Shown here in pieces: positions 12,100-21,498 of a stretch of 64,000 bases of DNA (position 1 is its first letter; each line of letters begins with the position of its first letter). The notes beneath the pieces are model-generated. The model was not told the DNA's origin. It was given only the letters and a program-made list of their open reading frames with translations, and searched no databases. Position numbers and translations under genes: made by a program. The stretch comes from Takakia lepidozioides (taxonomy: Eukaryota > Plantae > Bryophyta): positions 82,894,001 to 82,958,000 of the forward strand of contig CM060731.1 in NCBI GenBank assembly GCA_030704615.1, in the 5' to 3' direction.

Positions 12100-13055
12100 A
12101 GCCAAGCTGATAATCCAGGTCAAGCAATTGAGATCCATTGCTTGCCCCAACACTTGACGACGTGATGCCTCAGAAAGACGACACCGCCGTGGTACCAGTG
12201 GAAAAACCATTGCCCGCTCGCTCGTCAGCATTAGGCTCCACTAACTGCTGCAACTGAGCATCCCACAGGAGGCCAGGTCCACTATCCCGGAAAGCATGCG
12301 ATCCTGGGAAGCTGAGCAGTGTAGGTAATGCTGCTCGTGGTTGACCCACCTTGTTGACCACTGCCAAAGGCGAACGGTCATCGTGTCTCACACGTGAGAC
12401 TGCCTCCCTGTGTCCAGAATGTTATCCACTGTGAGATGTGCTGGCCGCTGCACCCCATCAAATGCACGCTTGAGCAGTGCGGGTGGCATCATGTTAGTCC
12501 ACCATAGCCGTGGACGATGAGCCCGTGACCCCACTGTAGCTGCATCTAGCAACACTGCTGACCCAAGCCACGACGGACTGATGACACACTGGCCATCACC
12601 CTGGCCCGAGAATCGCCCATCAGTGGCACATTCTCCAAGATGTATGCTGGAGATACAGCTTGATGAAGCTGCAAGTGGCGCAAAACCCGCACCATCTCCC
12701 AAAACAGACCCGACCTCGAGTCTCGCAATCCATTGCCATGCCCGGCTGATGAATGCCCTTGGCAGGGCCAACCTGCCACTACCAGATCAATGGAGCCAAC
12801 CCGCTCCAAATCCTGCGCCCCCAGCAACGAAATGTCTGCTGGCAAGGCCTGCTGATATCCACGAATTGCAGACACCGACAACAACTCAGGGTACCGCTGC
12901 ACCAACTGAGCAACATGGCGAAGTGAAACGCGTCGTGCAGTCTCATCCCTCTCCACATACAGGTAACGCCGAACTCGTACACCTGCCTGTAACACAGCAG
13001 CCAATCCGGTGCTGATCCCGCCAACAAGTCAGTCCAGAAGACAAATGCCTTCATC
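12100..13055 (-). pseudogene. DNMT3-like C5 DNA methyltransferase domain embedded in pol of copy A (frameshifted)
   Basis: Non-permuted motifs: ICLLD-LFGGISTGLAAVL (I), RYLYVE (II), DLVVAGWPCQGHS (IV, catalytic PC), GLFWEMVRVL (V), YILENV (VI), GSRAHRPRLWWTN (VIII), EPNADER..MGF (IX), RRQVLGQAMDL (X). A 4-nt duplication near 13030 and other small indels break the frame. Confidence 0.92.
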
Positions 13056-13399
13056 CGGAGACTGCCACACAATAGGTGTGGTGTCCAATGGAGACAATTG
13101 AGGTGGTCCTGGTGCAATCCCCACACTCTCCTCCTCTCCTGACGGTACAAAAGCCTCCACCCAGGCTTGTTGCACCCGTCGATCAGCATCCGCTGCAAAT
13201 CCTTGCTCGTGCCCCACAATGGAGTCTGAGCAACCATGGTAGGCAACTCCGCCATACCATACATGTCATCCTGCTCTCCCGGAGGTGGTACATCCTCTGA
13301 ATGAGCATTGCCCTCAAGCAACTCTCTAGGCCAACTCACTGCCGCTGTGAATGCTGCTAGTGTCGGCATCTTGCCTCGCTGGGCAACCGCAACTCCTCC

Positions 13400-13830
13400 T
13401 ATGAACGTCACAGGGAGCTGCACACGCCGGCCCTCCCCTGACTGCCATGCAGGCCTATAGGAAGCTGACTCCTCCCAAAAATCCAGGGTGAAGCCCATGG
13501 GGTACAACACTGCCCCACCAACCAGGACATCGTATGAGACTGCGTCTGTCACAATGGCCTTGGCTCGCATCACTGAGCCATCTGTAGGGTGATCCGGCCG
13601 TAGTCTGATAGCCAACTCATGCCGTGTCATGCCCCGAGCCTGCTCCGATCCTCCCAGAGACGTCTGTATCTGGAAAGGACAAGGCTCCATATCCGCCTCC
13701 GTGAGGCCCAAGCCTGCAATAGCAGCTCTGCCCAGCATCAGTGGCTGAGCTCCCGAGTCCAACAAGACTCGCAGTGGCCGGTACCTCTTGCCTGCCGGTC
13801 CACTCAAACAGAAAATGCCATCCTGGTTGT
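13400..13830 (-). CDS. Retropepsin-type aspartic protease domain of copy A (within ORF 12779-14875)
   Basis: RVLLDSGAQPLML and YDVLVGGAVL motifs. Confidence 0.88.
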
Positions 13831-14561
13831 CTAACATGACAACTCCAGGTGTCACCATGGCGCGCTCAATGGCTGGCCTAGCTGGCAGCTCCATCAACCT
13901 GGCAGCTGCAGCTTGCCATGGCGCCGCCGTGGCAGTCTTGACCCTCAAATCCGAGGATCCCTCCGGCACTACACCTCCCACTATCTCCGCAGAAGATGAA
14001 GTAACCTCCCCACTCTCACAGAGTGTAGCTGCCAGCCTGAACACCTCAGCTGGTCTTACCCCCGGCGTCGCAATCATGGTAGCCGAGAACAATGGAGCCT
14101 GGCACACAGATGTGGCCGCTCCTAGCAGCACACTAGCTGCCGTAGCCTTGGCAACACTAGGTAGTGGTGCTACCCGTGTAGCTCTCCCCAATGGCATAGT
14201 GACCTCCGCCTCGGTAACAGTCGGGCGAGAACTAGGTGCCATGGATGGCGTCGACACTGTCTCCGCCAATGTGAATGACTGAGGAAGCCTAGCCTGACGG
14301 CTTGCCTCCCCACGCTGTGGATCCAACTCCACCTCTGCACCTCGTGGCTCAGGAACTCGTGCTGCTCCTCGAGTCACGGCTGCAGCAGACTCCACCTGCA
14401 CTAGTGGTAGTGCTGCTCCACACATGAATCCCATGCCTCCCATATCTCCTCCCTCAGGAGCAGGAGGTGGACCATCCGGCCTTAGAGCCGGTACCACCTG
14501 AGCTGTAGCCATGGCAGCGAGCCTCTGCTCTAGCTGCTGAAGCCGGTTGGCCATGCCTTGG

Positions 14562-15968
14562 TCAACACCCTGACCTCCGCGTCCTTGGCCACGTTGAGCT
14601 TGCCCTTGGCCTGCACCTGTGGCTGGCCACCTCGTCCCCTCTGGGCTGCTCCACCTCGCCCCGGCCACCATTGTTCCCTTGGAACTGGCCTGGGCGCAAC
14701 TCAGGATGCAAACCATAACACTGAGCCTCTCCATGCCCGTGTTTGCCACAATGCCCACACTGTAACTGTGCAGGCTGTGCATGTGCCGGCCCTTTGCCTC
14801 CCTCTGGACAATCCTTCTTGACATGGGGTCCTCCACATGTCCAGCACACCACATCCGCCCGTTGTTGGCCAGCAAATGAAGGGAGAGACCCCTGCATCTG
14901 AGGTCCTCTCTGCCCTTCCCTGAGCTTCACCTGAGCCCCCTTGTTGCCTTGAGCACGTTGAGGTAGTGGTTGGCTAGGAGCACCACTACCCCGTGGTGTC
15001 TCCTTAGCAAATCCCACCATGACCACTCGTTCCTCCACCATGTTGAGCTCTATCCGCTCTGCCAGCAAAAACACATTTGCTAAGGTGGGTTGGGCCGCTT
15101 GTAGGAGAGTTGCATCCCGCACCCTTCTCCTCAGCTCCTTGTCCAATATCCCATACCAGAATTGGACTGCCTGAGCTTCCGTAACCCCTTGGGTTACATT
15201 TATCAAGCGCCTCATGCGAGTGAAAGCCTCCCTCAAGCTCTCGGTCGGCTTCCGTTGGAACTCTTGCAAGCTCCGCAACTTCTCTGTCCTCACCCCTTGG
15301 TAGTTCCCTCTCAACTCTTCGAAGAACTCCACAACAGGGTTGAAGGCAGGCACGGGTGCTAGTGCTGGTGCGGTAGTGGCTTGGGTGGACGTCGTAGCTA
15401 CTGTACCACCAGTCCCACTGCTGCTTGCTGAAGCTGCCGGTGCAGCGGCAGGTGTAGCCACTGCCCTCGTGGCTCTAGTGCCCCTAGTGATGGAGACATA
15501 GTCGGGTGACCAGTACATCCTCCACTCCTCGATCTCAACCTCATGCCCCCGCCTGAACTCATGGTAATCATCCATAGGCGGCCCCTCAAGGTGCTGAAAC
15601 AGCCCTTTCCATGCCATGAACGGCGTAAATAGTTGTGGATTGCGCATTTGCTGCAAATCACACCAACTATCAAACTCTTGGATAAAATCATCCAACTCAA
15701 TGGTGCCCACCGCCCCAGAGTACCTTCGTGGCCCCTTGGTAGCTCCATACATCTCCTCCATTGTGTCCCACAACAATGGCAAAGAAACAACTTGCACCGC
15801 CGGTATGAGTCCTCCCGATTCACAATCCGAATCAGAACCTTCCGTAGAAGACACAGGAGGTGAAGGTGGCCTAAACCGCACACCTCGTCTCGTGTACCCA
15901 CTAGTATCGCTAGTGCTCGAACCGGCACTGTCCCCAGCAACTAGTGGCACCTCCGTGTTGACACTCAA
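14562..15968 (-). CDS. Gag of copy A with two zinc knuckles and an RGG/Gln-rich tail; frameshift near 14630 relative to pol
   Basis: FQRKPTESLREAFTRM (major-homology-like), CWTCGGPHVKKDC and CGHCGKHGHGEAQC. True start codon uncertain. Confidence 0.88.
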   Translation of the reverse strand: MSVNTEVPLVAGDSAGSSTSDTSGYTRRGVRFRPPSPPVSSTEGSDSDCESGGLIPAVQVVSLPLLWDTMEEMYGATKGPRRYSGAVGTIELDDFIQEFDSWCDLQQMRNPQLFTPFMAWKGLFQHLEGPPMDDYHEFRRGHEVEIEEWRMYWSPDYVSITRGTRATRAVATPAAAPAASASSSGTGGTVATTSTQATTAPALAPVPAFNPVVEFFEELRGNYQGVRTEKLRSLQEFQRKPTESLREAFTRMRRLINVTQGVTEAQAVQFWYGILDKELRRRVRDATLLQAAQPTLANVFLLAERIELNMVEERVVMVGFAKETPRGSGAPSQPLPQRAQGNKGAQVKLREGQRGPQMQGSLPSFAGQQRADVVCWTCGGPHVKKDCPEGGKGPAHAQPAQLQCGHCGKHGHGEAQCYGLHPELRPGQFQGNNGGRGEVEQPRGDEVASHRCRPRASSTWPRTRRSGC

Positions 15969-16689
15969 CCGGTCATGAACATGTCCCTAACCCCCTCTTC
16001 ACAAGGTAACCGGGTAGAGAACCTGTTGCGGCTTATGGTTTGGAATATTAAGTTCCTAACATAGCCTACACCTGTACCTGCATCCACCACAAGCACTCCT
16101 ATGGTTGGCTGGTCATCACCTCCAACCTCACCACAGGAGAAACAATGATGGTCTGGCTGGTCATCACCCCAGCCTCACCATCGACAGCATGCTCTAGGAC
16201 TGGCCGGTGATCAAATCCGGACCAATCACCTATAAAACAAGCGCCCACACAAAACTAGCATGGCGCACAATCAAGCATGCAGGTATGGAGGGGATCCAAA
16301 CACAAGAAATCAGATCGACAACTCCCCCACACCAAAAACAACTCCACGGTGTTGCTCCTGCAAGGACACCCCAGCCCAAACCCGGACTGACTCTTGCCTC
16401 CACCTACGGAAAGGTCTTGGCCTAATGAGAGGGTGGAAACTACGAGGAAGAGAAGCTAAAGCAATGCCTAACCCCAGCATGCTCTCATCCCAACACTCTG
16501 CCTCTCCTCTCTATCCTCACTTGCATGACCATGGGAATATCATGAAGATACTCCTCAAACCGCCCTCCACGAGCTTCAAAATTCGGCCTTCCAGACCACA
16601 TGCCAGTCCTTAGGCAGTCCACCAGTGCCTCCACGAGTCAGCACAGGCCGTCCACAGGTCAACACGGGCCACCACAGACCAGCACAGGC

Positions 16690-18290
16690 CCACACAGCTC
16701 ACTGGTCAGGCCGTCACAGTCCCACAGGCCACTGGGCACAGCCTGTCGCAGCCCCTCACAGCCTGTCACAGCCTCAAAGGCCTCAGGCACGGCCTGTCAC
16801 AGCCCCTCACAGCCCCTCACAGCCTCAAAGGCCTCAGGCACGGCCTGTCACAGCCCCTCACAGCCCGTCACAGCCCATCACAGCCTGTCACAGCTTGCCA
16901 CAGCCCATCACAGCCCGTCACAGCCTCAAAGGCCTAGGGCACGGCCTGTCACAGCCCCTCACAGCCCCTCACAGCCTCAAAGGCCTCAGGCACGGCCTGT
17001 CACAGCCCCTCACAGCCCGTCACAGCCCCAAAGGCCATGGGCACGGCCTGTCACAGCCCCTCACAGCCCGTCACAGCCCCAAAGGCCATGGGCACGGCCT
17101 GTCACAGCCCCTCACAGCCCGTCACAGCCTCAAAGGCCTCAGGCACGGCCTGTCACAGCCCTCACAGCCCGTCACAGCCCCAAAGGCCATGGGCACAGCC
17201 TGTCACAGCTCGCCACAGCCTGTCACAGCCCATCACAGCCCCATAGGCCTCAGGGCACAGCCTGTCACAGCCCCGCACAGCCCGTCACAGCCCCAAAGGC
17301 CACTGGGCACAGCCTGTCACAGCCTGACACAGCCCGTCACAGCCCCACAGGGCACAGGGCACAGCCTGTCACAGCCCATCACAACCCATCACAGCCGGTC
17401 ACAGCTTGCCACAGCCTGTCACAGCCCGTCACAGCCCCACAGGCCACAGGGCACAGCCCGTCACAGCCCGTCACAGCTCGCCACAGCCTGACACAGCCCG
17501 TCACAGCCCCACAGGGCACAGGGCACAGCCTGTCACAGCCCCTCACAGCCCGTCACAGCCCCAAAGGCCTCAGGCATGGCCTGTCACAGCCCCAAAGGCC
17601 ACTGGGCACAGCCTGTCACAGCCTGACACAGCCCGTCACAGCCCCACAGGGCACAGGGCACAGCCTGTCACAGCTTGCCACAGCCTGTCACAGCCCGTCA
17701 CAGCCCCACAGGCCACTGGGCACAGCCTGTCACAGCCCGTCACAGCCCCAAAGGCCATGGGCACAGCCTGTCACAGCCCGTCACAGCCCCACAGGCCTCA
17801 GGGCACAGCCTGTCACAGCCCCGCACAGCCCGTCACAGCTCGCCACAGCCTGACACAGCCCGTCACAGCCCCACAGGGCACAGGGCACAGCCTGTCACAG
17901 CCCCTCACAGCCCGTCACAGCCCCAAAGGCCTCAGGCACAGCCTGTCACAGCCCGTCACAGCCCCAAAGGCCACTGGGCACAGCCTGTCACAGCCTGACA
18001 CAGCCCGTCACATCCCCACAGGGCACAGGGCACAGCCTGTCACAGCCCATCACAGCCCATCACAGCCTGTCACAGCCCGTCACAGCCCCACAGGCCACTG
18101 GGCACAGCCTGTCACAGCCCGTCACAGCCCCACAGGCCTCAGGGCACAGCCTGTCACAGCCCCGCACAGCCCGTCACAGCCCCAAAGGCCACTGGGCACA
18201 ACCTGTCACAGCCTGACACAGCCCATCACAGCCTGTCACAGCTTGCCACAGCCCGTCACAGCTTGCCACAGCCTGTCACAGCCCCACACA
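16690..18290. repeat. TCACAGCCY-based minisatellite in the copy A leader, about 1.6 kb with higher-order units
   Basis: Continuous tandem array; about three times longer than the equivalent array in copy B. Confidence 0.97.
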
Positions 18291-21200
18291 TGGCCGCTCT
18301 GGCAGTTTAGCCATTTCTCCAAGGGGTTTAGCCACGCCAAGCTAGGGTTTGTGTCTCTTGGACTCTAGGCTTCTTTCCACCGAGCTATGGTGGCTGTGAG
18401 GAAATCAGCAAGGTATCCTTGCTCTTTCGGCTCCCACACACCACCATAGTAGCCCTAAGCCATGAGGTGGTTGCCACAAACCAAGCCTTCTTTCTCACTT
18501 AGCCTCCCCAAACACGCCACTAAACTCAATGGCAAACAACCAAGCCCTGCTGGTTCCCAGCCCTTGTGAGCACTCATTCAAGCACTCCCCTCATTGGCCA
18601 TAGCATCTGTCTTAGAGCCTATTCCAGCCCTCTACACCTGTTGCTTCAAGAGTTGCGCTCCCTTCAAGCTTGAAGTTAGGCCCTACAAGTGCTGTTCTTT
18701 CACTCCAAGTGGAAACCAGCCCTAGACCTTCCGTTCTAGCTCTCTAAGGCTTGAAAACAAGAGCCTCAATGGGCTGAAGGCATGCTCCACACATGCCCCA
18801 CTCTCACCATAAGAGAATCAGCTCCTTTGCTTCATTTCTTGCACCCACAAACCTGATAATACAAGCTTCAGCAGGCTGAAAGCATGCTCTACATGCCCTA
18901 CAGGGAAACCAGCCCCTTCCTTCCTTTCTTGCACTCCCACACCTAAAAGTGCAAGCCTTCACCAGGCTGATAGCATGCTCCACACATACATTGCCCTCAC
19001 ATAAGGGAAGTCAGCCCTTCCCTCTTCCTTGCTTGCCCTCCAAGCTTGAAGATGGAAGCTTCAATGAGCTGAATACATGCTCCACACATGCAACCTCTTC
19101 ACACAAGAGATATCAGCCCCCTATCTTGGCTCCTTGGCTCCTTGATGCTCTCTAAGACAAGACTAAGCACTCCACAGCCCTTGCCAAGCTCCTGAAACCC
19201 TAAGGCTTACATTTCCAGCCACAAGACACTTCTCTTGTGGTGCAAGAGCTCTTCTTCCAAGCTCTGAAACCCTAGGTGCACATTCCATGGCCTTGCCGCA
19301 CCTCTTAGCTCCTGTTCCAGCCCTGCTCTTGCCATGACAAGAGCCCTCTCAATGCTGAAGCTCGAGATTGAAACCCAATCTCACCATACTCCAAAAAGTG
19401 CACTGATTTGCCCCAAGCCAAATCAGCCCTTTCGCTTGGTCTTGCAATCCTTCACACAATGACAGCTCGCATTCCCAAGTCCAGTTCTCAGCTTTGCCAC
19501 CAAAGCCACTATAACCTGCTCTTGACTGGTCCTCTTCCCAATCGTGCTTGCTCATGCATGTACACAATCTGAAACCATCAAGGTGCTCTGGAATTACCTA
19601 CAGTATGGTGCTTTCATCTCTGAAGCTGAAGATCGAATGCCAAGGTTTACCACCTCGTAACCCACATCGCCTCCGCTTCTAACAACCAAGAGCTCCACGG
19701 TGCTCCTTGCATAACAACTTGGTTTCTCTCATTCTCAAGCAAAAACCACAAGTGCTACAACTAACTCGTATCTAGCACTCATAGATACGAGCTCATCTTT
19801 CTCGAGTGATAAAGAAGAAGAATACAAGCACAAGCTCATGCGAGCTCACAAAGCTGAAGTATAAACTCATGCATATATAACCTCATCACTCAAATACAAG
19901 TCAAGCCAAGTGCACCCCACGCCATGGGGAATCCACACTACGGCGCCATAGCTAGGCGCGGTGAGGCTCAACTCGAGAAAGATGAGCCTCCCGCGCTTGC
20001 CGTGAAGATAACCACTCCAGGGCCTAAATCTGCTTTGACCCCTGGATTGACACTTGGGCCAATCCCAAATGTCAATATGTAAAAGCTAGCTATTTCCTAG
20101 CTAGTTTCACACTAGTGGTAAAATAACTTGACAAATCTTTCAAATTGAACTTGATGCCATCATATGCGCAAACATGACACATAAATACATCGTGATGGTG
20201 CAACTTGCTTCCGCGGTTTTTTGAGTGAACTCTTATCTCCGCCGTGTTAAGTTTTGCGTTACGTGTGTCTATCTCATCGTGCGAGTTGTGAAATCTTAAG
20301 AGTTGTAGGTTGCCGCTGTCAAATTGAGCTATCATTACCAACAAACAAAAATTTGGAAAGCAAACATCAATTGTGAGACTGGCCATGTTGGCTGAAGCTG
20401 GAGTCTTGTCTACCCTGACCTCTCCTTGGTTCAAAATGTTAGTCTTCCCAAGTGAATATAGTTTTGGCCAAACTGACTTTGCGATTTAGTCATTGACTGC
20501 AGGAATAGCAATGGTGTGTGTTTGCTGGTGGACATACTCACATCACCAAGTGGGCTGAAAACCATACAGTACAGGTCTTTGGCTAATTCGTTTCTAGAAC
20601 TAGCCAGAATGAACTAGCAAAACAGTGGCTTCATATGTGTGAAGCAAGAACAGGTCGGACCTGTAACATCAAAAAGATCACCACTGGTGGAGTAATGCTT
20701 GCAACTGTAGTCTAGAGAGACCAGCTTTTGCAATGGTGTACACGAAGGTGCATATCCCTGACTCCCACCACCTAGTCGTGTGAGTTGCAAAGCATGTTAG
20801 CAGTGTTAGCATGTTAGCAATTTCCATGCTTTTTACAGCATGGTTCTTCCATATTCCAGTCTTCTCACTACAGAATCCAAGCTTATCATTTCAAGTACGA
20901 GAGGAGAAACAAAGAAATCATCGAAGGAGAGAGACAAATGCAAATGCCTTATCTACTACATTTCGGTGCACCCCTCCTCATATCACAGAAGTTCAATTTC
21001 TGTCAAGTAACAAAACAATGTCATCATCTCCTTTCTGGTTCTTCTTGGGACTAGACATACACATATGGCAACCAGAGATATGCGTTCCTTCTGTCATGCC
21101 TTCCACTTAAACCACTGGAAAGAATGAAGACACTTTTCCTGCGCTACACTAATATGCTACAGACCCAAGTCATTCCTAGCCTCTTCAAGGGTTCAGTTGT

Positions 21201-21498
21201 GCGTTTTACGGTGCACCTCATTTCCCTGTAGGATTCAGCATGATCATCAGAATGTACAAGCAGTGATTCGTATAATCCGACATCACAGTGGACTGCCTGA
21301 GTCCTGTGCTCAAGACACAAGGAGTCTTATCAATCACTAAGGGCCAAAGCTTGCTTCACCCAGCCATCTGCCTTTCTCTCCATGATAGCTGCCTTTCTTC
21401 AATTGTCTTTCCCTCCCTCTCTGCTTTTAATTTCCATCTAAGGACAGCAAAATTTCCATGTGTACATAGCTGTATGCCTAACTTTCTGCACACAATGA

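Larger units (their letters stand above)
8233..20133 (-). mobile_element. Copy A: apparently complete Ty3/gypsy-like retroelement encoding Gag-PR-DNMT3-like MTase-RT-RH-INT-PHD
   Basis: All domains are present in order on the minus strand. 5' end TGTCAAG at 20133 is shared with copy B. PPT-like GGGGGGCGAT at 8421-8430. 3' end ...CACGACA at 8233. AATC at 8229-8232 and 20134-20137. The left boundary is less certain than the right. Confidence 0.88.

Noticed and set aside
12100-13055. Bacterial restriction-modification methylase or contamination
   Set aside because: The domain is embedded in a Ty3 polyprotein in four copies among intron-containing plant genes, its motifs are DNMT3-like, and there is no partner endonuclease.
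16600-18368. Long Pro/Ser/Gln/Thr-rich ORFs (up to 417 aa), also at 4571-5215 and 61964-62221
   Set aside because: They arise from a stop-free 9-nt satellite that is open in several frames, antisense to the element in A and B, and variable in length between copies.
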